Positions 9,018 to 18,795 are shown, counted from the first letter of the stretch. The stretch: DNA of 64,000 nucleotides from Terriglobia bacterium (GCA_965262425.1 OZ253536.1:5325085-5389084), one strand, 5' to 3'. Translations and numbers: made by a program. Notes: generated from the sequence alone by a model not told the origin.

Positions 9018-10358
9018 TCAAGATGGAAAACATTTCCCGAAAGCCAACAGGAACCTCGGAGAGCCCCAGAAGCGAATCCTTCCCGTCAGCACGGCCCACC
9101 CCAGGCTGCGTTCCTTCGCAAGAAATCCCAGCCAGGTACGGCCATCGGCTGTAAGACTCAGGTTGGCCTCTCCCACATGTCCGTCTTCGATCCGCAAAGT
9201 CTTGTCCCGGATCACCACGGTCGCCTTTTGTTCTTCCTCTCTGGTAAACGTGAAGTGATAGGTGGCATCGAGACCCTTCGAACGATTCTTCTGGAAGACG
9301 TGGGGCATGCCTTCGAGGAACCCACGGATCGAGCGTGGACGGAGGCTTCCGCCGACGCGCTTGAGTTCCTTATGGGGAAAGCGACGTGCCGCATGAGCTT
9401 CGGCATCGGAGCCGGCGACAACGTACAGCTTCTCTTCCTTCTTCTGGAGAGGCCTGACGATGTCGTCAGTGAAGCCCTTCCGATCGGCTATGAAGGGACC
9501 GATCACGTCCTCACCGGCGGGACAGACCGCCATGCAGTAGGCGGCCTTGTAATTGGCGCCGAACGACAGGCTCTGCCACATCGAGGCGGATTCGGGATCA
9601 CTCACCTTCTTCCTGTAATCGGGAGCGTCGCGGCTTTCGACCACCTGCTCCACCCAGTTGGTGAATCCCCCCATGAACTCCCGGTAGTTGTGTGTGTAGC
9701 AGGCCGAGAAATCGAAGCTTCCATCCGGCGAAATCGCTCCGACCGAGCAAGCCGCGACACACAATTTGCACTCCAGGCAGGGGTTGTAATCGATCGGCGT
9801 ACTCTCTTCCGATACTGTGGCATCGACGAGCACCGTGCCCAGGAGCACGAAGTTTCCGAACCTGGGATGGATCAGGTTGCGGTGAATCCCGATTTTGCCG
9901 AGACCTGCCGCCGCGGCCACCGGTTTGTGCGATACGACCCAGAGCTTGCCCGGGAAATTATCCATCTCCATCGGGAATCCCATCGAAGGATTCACCGCCC
10001 GTATTCCTTGTCCTTCCAGTTCCCGAACGATCCTGCGAGAAATCTCGTTGACCTCGTCTCCGGCGTGGTGAAACTCCAGGTTCGCGATCGAGCGGGCGCT
10101 GCTGCGGATCGGTTCGCGATTCATGCGAACGACGAAACTGATCAGCGTTCTCGTGTGAGGGAAATAGCCGAGGATGTCGTCTCTCTGGTCCGCGATTTCA
10201 GGCCGTCCGATTTCAACGAATCCCACGTCGTCGGCGCCGAACTGCAGGCACAGGTCCCGCAGGGCGCCGACATCGAGCTGTTTCGGATCTGTTTGTTCGT
10301 CCTCAGCCGTGCCTTTAGTCTGATGCAGTCTTACCGTGGGGTGTTCGGCTAGTTTCAT
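9018..10358 (-). CDS. QueG/reductive-dehalogenase-like 4Fe-4S protein fused to an SCP2 lipid-binding domain
   Basis: GADDVGFV, SHKPVAAAAGLGKIG...HPRFG, CLECKLCVAAC, CMAVCP; C-terminal SCP2-like segment (ATYHFTFT...ADGRTWLGFL...AVLTGRIRF). Confidence 0.8.
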   Translation of the reverse strand: MKLAEHPTVRLHQTKGTAEDEQTDPKQLDVGALRDLCLQFGADDVGFVEIGRPEIADQRDDILGYFPHTRTLISFVVRMNREPIRSSARSIANLEFHHAGDEVNEISRRIVRELEGQGIRAVNPSMGFPMEMDNFPGKLWVVSHKPVAAAAGLGKIGIHRNLIHPRFGNFVLLGTVLVDATVSEESTPIDYNPCLECKLCVAACSVGAISPDGSFDFSACYTHNYREFMGGFTNWVEQVVESRDAPDYRKKVSDPESASMWQSLSFGANYKAAYCMAVCPAGEDVIGPFIADRKGFTDDIVRPLQKKEEKLYVVAGSDAEAHAARRFPHKELKRVGGSLRPRSIRGFLEGMPHVFQKNRSKGLDATYHFTFTREEEQKATVVIRDKTLRIEDGHVGEANLSLTADGRTWLGFLAKERSLGWAVLTGRIRFWGSPRFLLAFGKCFPS

Positions 10359-10375
10359 GAGGTGACCTCTTTGAA

Positions 10376-10389
10376 TGTATATACAAGTA
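10376..10389. promoter_or_regulatory. Putative MarR operator TGTATATACAAGTA upstream of the Fe-S gene
   Basis: Identical to the core of the palindrome at 10869-10892. Confidence 0.6.
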
Positions 10390-10419
10390 ACCGGTCAAAT
10401 TTTTTTCCCCCGGACGCCC

Positions 10420-10863
10420 TCACGCGACGCTCCGAACTCTTTCGATAGCCGCAAGCAGGCTTGTGACCCCGGCAGGACCCAGAAGTTCCCGCGCTTCTTC
10501 CTGGGCTTTGTCCCAGGCGGGTTTCGCTTTTTCGAGAAGGGCAGTCCCTTTCTTGCTCAACTGAATCTGATGGGCACGACCGTCCTGCTCGTCGGCCAGA
10601 GTTTCAATCCATCCGCCCGCCTTCAGCCGGTCGATGTTCCGGCTCACCGTCGACATGTCCATCTTCAGTCGTGAACAGATTTCCGCGGGGCGAACAATGC
10701 CCATACGGCCCGTCACCACCAGGATATTGACCTGGCTCGTCTTGACCCCCAACGGTCGCAAGGCCTCGTCATAGATCTTGGTAATGACCCGATTGAGAAT
10801 CCGCACTCGAACGGCAATACAATCCCTGGCAATAATCTCTGGAGTTGTTTCCTTTAATTTCAT
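10420..10863 (-). CDS. MarR family transcriptional regulator
   Basis: CIAVRVRILNRVITKIYDEALRPLG...MDMSTVSRNIDRL...DGR winged HTH. Confidence 0.9.
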   Translation of the reverse strand: MKLKETTPEIIARDCIAVRVRILNRVITKIYDEALRPLGVKTSQVNILVVTGRMGIVRPAEICSRLKMDMSTVSRNIDRLKAGGWIETLADEQDGRAHQIQLSKKGTALLEKAKPAWDKAQEEARELLGPAGVTSLLAAIERVRSVA

Positions 10864-10868
10864 TTCGC

Positions 10869-10892
10869 ATGTATTTGTATATACAAGTACAT
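10869..10892. promoter_or_regulatory. Palindromic MarR operator (autoregulation)
   Basis: ATGTATTTGTATATACAAGTACAT, near-perfect palindrome immediately upstream of the marR ATG. Confidence 0.65.
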
Positions 10893-10920
10893 CGAGTGTC
10901 AACAGAAAAGTTTCGTAAAT

Positions 10921-10952
10921 GCGTGTCGGGGCGTCCCTCCGTGGGCGCCCGC
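10921..10952 (+). repeat. REP-like palindrome, type B
   Basis: GCGTGTCG-GGGCGTCC-ctccgt-GGGCGCCC-GC; copies at 45619 and 49669. Confidence 0.8.
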
Positions 10953-10991
10953 GGGCTAGCCGCCCCCTCCGCGGCAGCCATCACAAGTTGT

Positions 10992-11033
10992 ACTAGACAC
11001 TCTATAACCTCCCATGGTACTAGAATGTCTAGT
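10992..11033. promoter_or_regulatory. Two TAGA-N3-TCTA boxes at the padR start
   Basis: ACTAGACACTCTATA (10992-11006) and ACTAGAATGTCTAGT (11019-11033). Confidence 0.6.
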
Positions 11034-11391
11034 GGCTAAAGCAACCTCCACCAGGCAACCGGGCAAAGCCGCGCTCCTCCAGGGCACGCTCGACATGTTG
11101 ATCATGCGGACCCTGGACCGTGGAAAGCGCCACGGCCATGGCATCGGCCTGTCGATCGAAGTCGATTCGGGTGAGCTGCTGCACATCGAAGCCGGGTCCC
11201 TGTATCCCGCTCTTCATCGACTCGAGCGCGGAGGTGTGATCGGTTCGGAGTGGAAGGTTTCAGAGAACAATCAGCGAGCGAAGTACTACCGCCTCACGGC
11301 TCGGGGGCACAAGCAGATGGCCATTCAGGAATCCAAATGGGATCTGCTGGTCACAGCGATTGCGCGGGTACGTAAGCCAGACGAGGGGTAG
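11032..11391 (+). CDS. PadR family regulator (acidobacterial type)
   Basis: LLQGTLDMLI...HGHGI...GSLYPALHRLE...SENNQRAKYYRLT; the GTG start is assumed. Confidence 0.92.
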   Translation: MAKATSTRQPGKAALLQGTLDMLIMRTLDRGKRHGHGIGLSIEVDSGELLHIEAGSLYPALHRLERGGVIGSEWKVSENNQRAKYYRLTARGHKQMAIQESKWDLLVTAIARVRKPDEG

Positions 11392-11400
11392 GAGACGACG

Positions 11401-14040
11401 ATGAATTGGCAAAGATTGAAATGGAAGTATTGGATGGATCTTTTCAGGCGACCTCAACTGGAAAGGGAATTGGACGAAGAGATCCGTTCGCACGTCGAGA
11501 TCGAGACCGCGCGTCGGATTCGTCTGGGTGAATCGCCCGATCAAGCACGCCTCAATTCCTTGCGCGAGATCCGCAGTGTGTCCTTTGTGAAAGAGGAAGC
11601 CCGGGATGCCAGAACCTGGGTCTCGATGGAGCGCCTGGCTCAAGACCTGCGTTATGCCCTCCGCACACTCAGGCGGCAACCCGCCTTCACCGCCGTTGCG
11701 GTCCTGACTCTCGCACTCGGTATCGGCGCCAACACTGCGATCTTCAGCGTCGTCAACGGTGTCCTGCTGAAGCCACTCCCCTTCGACCATCCCGAGCGAA
11801 TCGTCACCGTCTGGGAAGACTATACGGCACAGGGTGGACCCACCCAGGAATGGATTGAAATCCCGAATTTCGTCGAGTGGAGGAAGGAGGCGGATCTGTT
11901 CGAGACGCTCTCGGCGTTCGCGTACGGCTCGACCATCCTGAGCAATCACGGCGAGGTGGAACGTCTGAGCCAGGGCGTAATTACACATGAATTCTTCGCC
12001 ACATTTGGCGTCACACCCGCGATAGGTCGTGATTTCGAGCCGGCTGACGATCAGCCCGGGGGCGCACTCGTGACCATGTTGTCTCATGGTTTCTGGCAAC
12101 GCGGGTTTGGGTCCGACCCGTCGGTTCTGGGCACGACGCTTTTTCTCGGCGGAAATCCGACAACGGTCATCGGTGTGATGCCCGAGAGCTTCCAGATTCC
12201 CAGCACGCCAACCGTCGACGTGTGGACACCCCTTCAACTCGACGAGTCCACCGCGTCGCGCGGCAACTTCTTTCTGCAGGGCATGGGACGGCTCCAGGAA
12301 GGCGTTTCCGTCGAACAGGCGGAGACGCGACTCAACGTCATCATGGAACAGATCGGAAACGAGTTTCCGATCAATCGTGGTGTGAAGATCGGATTGGTGC
12401 CGCTACTGGATCAAATCGTGTCCCCAGTTCGGACCGCACTCTACGTACTCCTCGGCGTCGTGGTATTTGTCCTTCTCATTGCCTGTGCCAACATCGCCAA
12501 CCTGATGCTGAGTCGGAGTTCGACGCGTAATAGAGAGATGGCGATTCGCTCGGCTATTGGTGCCGGGCGGGGCCGTCTGGTGCGTCAACTGCTGACCGAG
12601 AGCGTGGTGTTGTCCCTGTTCGGTGCCGGCTGCGGTGTCCTGCTCGCCTACTGGGGAACAAAGGCGTTTGTTGCCCAGATACCGGCCGGAGCCCTGCCTC
12701 GTTTGAGCTCTGTCGCGATCGACCCCACCGTGCTCTTGTTCACGACGCTGATCTCGGTTGCGGCCGGTCTCAGTTGCGGTCTGGCGCCGGCGCTCCAGTC
12801 CTATCGTTATGACGTCAGCCAGGCCTTGAATGAATGGGGTCGGGGTGTGGAGGAATCGACCGGGGGAACCCGGATGCGGGCCGTTCTCGCCGTGGGCCAG
12901 GCCGCACTCGCGCTCTGCCTGTTGATCGCAGCCGGTCTGACGATCCGTAGTTTTACAACGCTTCTGGATGTGGATCCCGGCTTCGAACCGGAGGGTCTGA
13001 CGACGGCATTTGTGTCGATGCCTGCCAATCGATACGCCGGAGCACCGGAGTTGGTGGTCTTCCTGAACTCCCTTCTCGACCGGATCGGGGAAAGACCCGG
13101 TTTCGACCAGGTGGCTGCGGTTTCAGTTCTGCCACTGGGTGGTTCCGACTCCGACACGGGATTCGAGATCGAAGGTCGGCCCGAACTGAACGTCCCTGGA
13201 CAATCGCCGACAGTGTGGTTCCGGCGCGTTACGCCCTCCTACTTTCGAACGATGGGGCTACCCGTTGTTGGCGGCCGCGAGTTTGCCGCCACCGACCACG
13301 CCGAGGCGCCCAGGGTCGTCATGGTCAACGACGTTGCGGCGGAGCACTGGCCGGGTGATGACGCGGTGGGTAAGAGGCTGCGCTTCGGACCGGAGAGCCC
13401 GTGGCACACAATCGTCGGCATCGCCCAGGGTGTCCGCCACAAGGGGCTCGCTGTGGCGCCGACTTCCGAGTTGTACTTCCCCTTCGACCAGCGACCCGGA
13501 AGGGCGATGACCATCGTCGTCAAGTCCGACCTTGATGACTCCGCGGTAACCGGTCTGTTGCGCGGCGATCTGGGAGAGATAGATCCGGAACTCCCGCTCG
13601 CCGGTGTGGTCTCAATGGATTCCCTGATGGAGTTTTCCGTCGCGCAGCCCCGGTTCTTCATGAACATGACGGCCGCTTTCGGACTGCTGGCGCTGGCGCT
13701 GGCGACAGTTGGCATATACGGTGTCCTGTCCTATACCGTCAGCCGAAAGACCAAGGAGATGGGCCTCCGAATGGCCCTCGGGGCGGACCGGATGGAAGTC
13801 CTGTCCATGGTCGTCAAGCAAGGCCTTCGACTCACGGTCGTGGGTATCGGCGCCGGCCTGACCCTGGCGTACGCCGCCACCCGGTTGATGGCGAGCATTT
13901 TGTTCGGCATCGATCCCCAGGATCTGATCGCGTTCACAGGCGCCCCATTCGTCCTGACCTTGACCGCCCTGGTTGCCTGCATCGTGCCGGCCCTGAAAGC
14001 CACCCGGATCCACCCAGTCAAAGCGTTACGCGTCGACTAA
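11401..14040 (+). CDS. ADOP-type duplicated MacB/FtsX ABC permease
   Basis: ELDEEIRSH prefix domain, QDLRYALR, LLIACANIAN, EMGLRMALGA. Confidence 0.93.
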   Translation: MNWQRLKWKYWMDLFRRPQLERELDEEIRSHVEIETARRIRLGESPDQARLNSLREIRSVSFVKEEARDARTWVSMERLAQDLRYALRTLRRQPAFTAVAVLTLALGIGANTAIFSVVNGVLLKPLPFDHPERIVTVWEDYTAQGGPTQEWIEIPNFVEWRKEADLFETLSAFAYGSTILSNHGEVERLSQGVITHEFFATFGVTPAIGRDFEPADDQPGGALVTMLSHGFWQRGFGSDPSVLGTTLFLGGNPTTVIGVMPESFQIPSTPTVDVWTPLQLDESTASRGNFFLQGMGRLQEGVSVEQAETRLNVIMEQIGNEFPINRGVKIGLVPLLDQIVSPVRTALYVLLGVVVFVLLIACANIANLMLSRSSTRNREMAIRSAIGAGRGRLVRQLLTESVVLSLFGAGCGVLLAYWGTKAFVAQIPAGALPRLSSVAIDPTVLLFTTLISVAAGLSCGLAPALQSYRYDVSQALNEWGRGVEESTGGTRMRAVLAVGQAALALCLLIAAGLTIRSFTTLLDVDPGFEPEGLTTAFVSMPANRYAGAPELVVFLNSLLDRIGERPGFDQVAAVSVLPLGGSDSDTGFEIEGRPELNVPGQSPTVWFRRVTPSYFRTMGLPVVGGREFAATDHAEAPRVVMVNDVAAEHWPGDDAVGKRLRFGPESPWHTIVGIAQGVRHKGLAVAPTSELYFPFDQRPGRAMTIVVKSDLDDSAVTGLLRGDLGEIDPELPLAGVVSMDSLMEFSVAQPRFFMNMTAAFGLLALALATVGIYGVLSYTVSRKTKEMGLRMALGADRMEVLSMVVKQGLRLTVVGIGAGLTLAYAATRLMASILFGIDPQDLIAFTGAPFVLTLTALVACIVPALKATRIHPVKALRVD

Positions 14041-14144
14041 ATCGGGGGCGGAGGCGAAATGACAACCGCGAGCTCGCCGATAACGCATTGATTTTTAATG
14101 GTTTTTACTTAATCGGGCATAATTGTTCCTCCGTCCCCGAATTA
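14038..14144. repeat. Inverted-repeat unit (REPIN/MITE-like) with an IHF consensus in the spacer
   Basis: Arms TAAATCGGGGGCGGAGG / CCTCCGTCCCCGAATTA; 14081-14093 reads AATCAATGCGTTA on the minus strand (WATCAANNNNTTR). Confidence 0.8.
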
Positions 14145-14164
14145 TCATTCCTGTAAATAATTGC

Positions 14165-14481
14165 GGGTCTTCCGCAGAATTTGTGGGTAAAACCGTCTTC
14201 CATCGCCGCTTGAGGAGACCACGGTGCTCGCCAAGCCTCAAGGCTTCCCTCGCAAGCTCGGCGGCTGCGCCGGCCTTGACCCTCGGCTGCGCTCCGCGGT
14301 GTCGGCTGGTGTGGGCGATGGGGAACGGGGCCTCCGGCGGGGGCTCCGGGCACCGGGTGTAGGCGTCCGATCGAAGTGGGTACTGGAATATTCGCCGTCG
14401 AACAAAAGAATAAGGTACTTTGTTTCAATTACTTATGTGCGCACAGGCCTTTGGACTGCCCACAAATTCTGCGGAGGAGGC
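14165..14481 (+). mobile_element. 317-bp ISL3-type MITE, copy 1 (intergenic)
   Basis: TIRs GGGTCTTCCGCAGAATTTGTGGG / CCCACAAATTCTGCGGAGGAGGC; 8-bp TSD ATAATTGC. Confidence 0.92.
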
Positions 14482-14607
14482 ATAATTGCTTCCAACTCCC
14501 TCCCTTTCGTAATATCGAACCTTCCTAAGGTGGCGTGAAGATGGGATGCCAAGATGTGAAGTTATTCTTGAGCGGGCCCTAAGACTAAAGCGACAGGAGC
14601 GAGGAAA

Positions 14608-16128
14608 ATGGTTACGTCGTCGAATGGAGCGCCTATGTGTCGCTCATGGATGTGGGTCTGCGTCTTTATCGTGGGCGTTCTATTCGCCCAACCGGCCCTG
14701 GCCTCCGCACAACAGTCGGCGGGCCTTATCGTTCGCAACGGTCTGATCGTCACGGATGAAGGCCGGATGGAGGCCGACGTCCGGATTCGCGGCGAACAGG
14801 TGGCCGAGATCGGACCCGACCTGGTGGCGGAGCCGGGAGATCGCGAGATCGACGCGGCCGGTATGCTACTCCTGCCGGGTGCAGTCGACACCCACACACA
14901 TCTCAATCCCGTAATGCCGGACCCGCCGCAACCCAGCCGGAACCAGGACGATTACGTCAGCGGGTCGGCGGCCGCATTCGCCGGCGGCGCGACGACGCTC
15001 TCGAATTTCCTCCCCATGCAAGCTGGTGAAGACGTCGATGCCTACGCCGACCGTGTCATCGGCGGGATAGAAAATCGGGCGATAGCCGACTTCTTCATTC
15101 ATGTCACCGTCGGGAACGAGCCCGGCCGGTTCACTCCGGAGGTGCTCGACGCACTGGCGGGGCGGGTTTTTGTCAGTACGGGCGAGGACTTCCTGGCCAG
15201 GGAGTCGTTCGACGCGAACGCTCTGACCTGGTTCAAGAAGTTCAAGGCTTCCGGCCCGGCCGGTGTCTTGAGCATGCTGCATGCGGAAGACTATTCGATC
15301 ATGGCCGAGGCCGCCGAGCGGCTGATGGCCGAAGGCCGCGGCTCGATTCATAACTTCGCCCAGAGTGCCCCGATCGTCGCAGAGGTCGTTGCCGTGCAGC
15401 GTGCGGTTGCGATTGCGGAGGCGACCGGATCACCCATCTACATCCTCCACATGTCATCCGGACGTGCGCTCCAGGTGGCCGAAGATGCGATGGCTCGCGG
15501 CCTGCCCGTGTTTGTCGAGACCCGACCCATGTACCTCCACCTGACACAGGAGGTTTATCAGCGGCCGGACGCCGGACTGTACCTGGGCGGTCCCCCGCTC
15601 CGCGAGAAGTGGGACCAGGACATGCTCTGGGTCGGCATCGCCAACGGGACCATCCATACGATCGGCACCGATCACACCGGCTATGCGAAGCCGGCGAAGC
15701 TGGATCCCACGCAAACGATCGTCGACAAGCGGATGGGCCTGAGTAACCTTCAGGAGTATCTGCCGATGATGTTCTCTGAAGGCGTGTTGGGTGAGCGCAT
15801 CACGCTGGAGCAATTTGTCGCGGTGACGTCCACAAACGCGGCCAAGCTGTTTGGCATGTATCCCCGGAAAGGCACAATCCGGGTGGGATCGGATGCGGAC
15901 ATCGTCATCTGGGATCCGACACAGACGAAGACGATCCGCGATGAGGACCAACTCTCCAACGTCGGGTATTCGACTTATACGGGATGGGAAGTCACCGGTT
16001 TTCCCATAACGACGATTCGCCGCGGTGAGGTCGTCTACGACGACGGTCAGGTGATCGCGCAGCCGGGTTCCGGGAAGTTCGTTCCCGGCGCCCCATTCGA
16101 GAGACCCATACTGCGCCCCCGTCCTTGA
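14608..16128 (+). CDS. Dihydropyrimidinase/hydantoinase-like amidohydrolase with a signal peptide
   Basis: LLLPGAVDTHTH, GSAAAFAGGATT, HAED, HMSS, GTDH, NAAKLFGMYPRKGTIRVGSDAD. Confidence 0.88.
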   Translation: MVTSSNGAPMCRSWMWVCVFIVGVLFAQPALASAQQSAGLIVRNGLIVTDEGRMEADVRIRGEQVAEIGPDLVAEPGDREIDAAGMLLLPGAVDTHTHLNPVMPDPPQPSRNQDDYVSGSAAAFAGGATTLSNFLPMQAGEDVDAYADRVIGGIENRAIADFFIHVTVGNEPGRFTPEVLDALAGRVFVSTGEDFLARESFDANALTWFKKFKASGPAGVLSMLHAEDYSIMAEAAERLMAEGRGSIHNFAQSAPIVAEVVAVQRAVAIAEATGSPIYILHMSSGRALQVAEDAMARGLPVFVETRPMYLHLTQEVYQRPDAGLYLGGPPLREKWDQDMLWVGIANGTIHTIGTDHTGYAKPAKLDPTQTIVDKRMGLSNLQEYLPMMFSEGVLGERITLEQFVAVTSTNAAKLFGMYPRKGTIRVGSDADIVIWDPTQTKTIRDEDQLSNVGYSTYTGWEVTGFPITTIRRGEVVYDDGQVIAQPGSGKFVPGAPFERPILRPRP

Positions 16129-16162
16129 ACGGTTCGGCGAGTGGCTTAAAAGGAGATCCGAT

Positions 16163-18322
16163 ATGACGATGAGAACCATGCTGGACTTTTCGACCGCAGC
16201 CGTCTGCTTCGCGATACTTTTGGCTATCGTGCCGGTCGGGGTGAATGCCGGCCAGGAAGTTGACATCGACAACGACGACCTCGGTGGAGTGGTCACGAGC
16301 GCGAACGGGCCGGAAGCGGGCGTGTGGGTGATCGCGGAAACCATGGATCTGGATACGAAATTCGTCAAGATCGTGGTCACCGACGACCAGGGCCGCTACC
16401 TGCTGCCGGACCTTCCAGCCGCGGACTACACGGTCTGGGTGCGTGGCTATGGTCTGGTGGACTCGCCAAAGGTCGAGGCCTCCCCGGGCGGGATCGTCGA
16501 CCTCACGGCGACGGTTGCACCGAATGCGCGTGCAGCGGCCGAATACTATCCGGCCGGGTACTGGCTTTCCCTGCTCGAGCCGCCCGATGCGAGCGAGTTT
16601 CCCGGAACAGGACCCGAAGGTAACGGCCTCCCCACGAACATGGCCAGCCAGGCCGCCTGGCTCCGGTATGTAAAGTCCGGCAACTGCATGGCCTGTCATC
16701 AACTGGGCAACAAGGCGACCCGCGAGATTCCGGACAGCCTCGGCACTTTTGATTCGTCCGTGGCCGCCTGGGACCGGCGTGTCCAATCCGGACAGGCCGG
16801 CGCCGGGATGAGCAACGGCCTCAACCGGCTGGGACGGGAGCGTGCGCTCGAAATGTTCGCCGACTGGACCGACCGCATCGCCGCCGGCGAACTGCCGCCG
16901 GCGCCGCCCCGACCGCAGGGTCTGGAACGAAACGTCGTCATCACCCAGTGGGACTGGGCCGATCCGACAGACTACCTTCACGATGTGGTCGCGACCGACA
17001 GGCGAAATCCGACGGTCAATGCCAACGGCCCCGTCTACGGAGCGCTCGAGCTCAGCGCGGACTATCTGCCCATTCTGGATCCGGCGAGCCATACGGCGAG
17101 CCGCGCGAGGTTGACCGTCCGCGACCCGAACACACCGGCGACGTCCGCGAGGATGGCCGAGCCTTCGCCCTACTGGGGCGACGAGATCCTGTGGGACAGC
17201 AAGAACAACGTCCACAATCCGATGATCGACGGGGAGGGTCGGGTCTGGATCACCTCGTCCGTGCGCCCGTCCGATAACCCGGACTACTGCAAAGAAGGGT
17301 CGACCCATCCGTCGGCAAAGTTGTTTCCGCTCGATGGCGCCCGCCGCCACCTCGCCATGTACGATCCGGAAACCGAGCAGCTCACGCATTTCAGTACGTG
17401 TTTCGGTACGCACCACCTGATGTTCGCCGAGGATGAGGACAATACTCTCTGGACAAGCGGTGGCGGACAGGTCGTCGGCTGGCTGAACACCAGGATGTTC
17501 GAGGAGACCGGCGATGAGGTGCGGTCGCAGGGGTGGACCGCACTGATCATGGACACGAACGGCAACGGCCGGAGAGACGAGTATGTGGAACCGGACGAAA
17601 CGCTGGATCCCGAAAAGGACAAGCGATTTGGTCGGGCCTTCTATGCCGTTGCCCCGGCAGCCGACGGCTCGGTCTGGGGCACGGTCCTCGACTTCCCGGG
17701 CGCTGTCGTTCGGCTGGATCCGGGAACGAACCCACCCGAGACCGCACTGGCGGAAGTGTATGAGGTGCCGTGGGGCAACCCGGATGCGCCCGTCCATGGA
17801 TTCTCGCCGCGTGGCGGAGACGTCGATCGTAACGGTGTTTTCTGGGCCGCACTGGCGAGCGGACATCTTGCCAGCTTTGACCGTCGCAAGTGCGAGGGAC
17901 CGCTGAACGGACCGACGGCGACCGGTCAACACTGTCCGGAGGGCTGGACCCTTTACCCCGAACCGCTACCGCAACTGAAAGGCGTCACAGATTCCGGGAG
18001 CGCCGAGTCCAGCTACTACACCTGGGTCGATCAGTTCGACACGCTCGGGTTGGGTGCGAACGTGCCGATCAACACCGGCAACGCGTCCGAAGGCCTGCTG
18101 GCCTTGAAGGACGGCGAATGGGTCATTCTCCGGGTCCCCTATCCGATGGGCTTCTACACAAAATGGATGGATGGCCGCATCGACGACCCAAACGGCGGAT
18201 GGAAAGGCAGGGGTATCTGGACGACCATAAGCACCCGCGCCCCCTTCCACATGGAAGGCGGCAAAGGAACGACAAGCAAGGTGATGCACTTCCAACTCCG
18301 CCCCACCCCCCTGGCGAACTGA
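16163..18322 (+). CDS. Secreted protein with a carboxypeptidase-regulatory-like N-domain, a c-type heme motif and a beta-propeller-like region
   Basis: Signal peptide; GVWVIAET...TDDQGRYLLPDLP...VWVRGYG; CMACH. Confidence 0.75.
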   Translation: MTMRTMLDFSTAAVCFAILLAIVPVGVNAGQEVDIDNDDLGGVVTSANGPEAGVWVIAETMDLDTKFVKIVVTDDQGRYLLPDLPAADYTVWVRGYGLVDSPKVEASPGGIVDLTATVAPNARAAAEYYPAGYWLSLLEPPDASEFPGTGPEGNGLPTNMASQAAWLRYVKSGNCMACHQLGNKATREIPDSLGTFDSSVAAWDRRVQSGQAGAGMSNGLNRLGRERALEMFADWTDRIAAGELPPAPPRPQGLERNVVITQWDWADPTDYLHDVVATDRRNPTVNANGPVYGALELSADYLPILDPASHTASRARLTVRDPNTPATSARMAEPSPYWGDEILWDSKNNVHNPMIDGEGRVWITSSVRPSDNPDYCKEGSTHPSAKLFPLDGARRHLAMYDPETEQLTHFSTCFGTHHLMFAEDEDNTLWTSGGGQVVGWLNTRMFEETGDEVRSQGWTALIMDTNGNGRRDEYVEPDETLDPEKDKRFGRAFYAVAPAADGSVWGTVLDFPGAVVRLDPGTNPPETALAEVYEVPWGNPDAPVHGFSPRGGDVDRNGVFWAALASGHLASFDRRKCEGPLNGPTATGQHCPEGWTLYPEPLPQLKGVTDSGSAESSYYTWVDQFDTLGLGANVPINTGNASEGLLALKDGEWVILRVPYPMGFYTKWMDGRIDDPNGGWKGRGIWTTISTRAPFHMEGGKGTTSKVMHFQLRPTPLAN

Positions 18323-18330
18323 ACGGGATA

Positions 18331-18362
18331 GCGTGTACGGGTGGCCGTCCCTGGCCACCCGC
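18331..18362 (+). repeat. REP-like palindrome, type A (GTAC variant)
   Basis: GCGTGTAC-GGGTGGCC-gtccct-GGCCACCC-GC. Confidence 0.8.
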
Positions 18363-18423
18363 CCGTAAGGGCGGACGTATCCAACGGCTTCGCAGACAAC
18401 TGGTTTCAAAATGCCGTTTCGGA

Positions 18424-18795
18424 CTACTGGGCTTTGATGGGATCAGGTGGGGCGAAAACGCGAATGGACCGGATATGCGTCGTGATAATCGTGTCCTCAC
18501 TCGTCACGAACTCAAGGCTGAAGCCAACGTAAATTCCGCCGAGTTTCAGAAACCCGCCCCCCAGCGAACTTCCCGCCAGATGGGCCGATGTTCTCTCGGG
18601 GAACCAACGACCGCCCCGAACGAGGACTTCTCTGGCAAACCCGTCAATAGCAGTGATCTCGTAAATACTGTTGCGCGTCTGGACATGAATCTCGGTGAAA
18701 TCATCTACCGACTCCAACTGGAGCCCGTCACTCCAGTCATGATTCACCCATGTGTCCAGAATGCGGGACGCGCGATAGGTAGCCGTTTTGTTCAT
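18424..18795 (-). CDS. Hypothetical protein
   Basis: Globular-looking 123-aa ORF with an AGGGAG RBS before ATG 18795. Confidence 0.7.
   Translation of the reverse strand: MNKTATYRASRILDTWVNHDWSDGLQLESVDDFTEIHVQTRNSIYEITAIDGFAREVLVRGGRWFPERTSAHLAGSSLGGGFLKLGGIYVGFSLEFVTSEDTIITTHIRSIRVFAPPDPIKAQ

Noticed and set aside
9018-10358. queG annotation
   Set aside because: The SCP2 fusion, the incomplete second Cys motif and the MarR context differ from canonical QueG
14105-14538. Repeated small ORFs (MKQSTLFF..., MLAKPQGF...) as a multicopy gene family
   Set aside because: They lie inside the MITE, have copy-dependent ends and show no protein motifs
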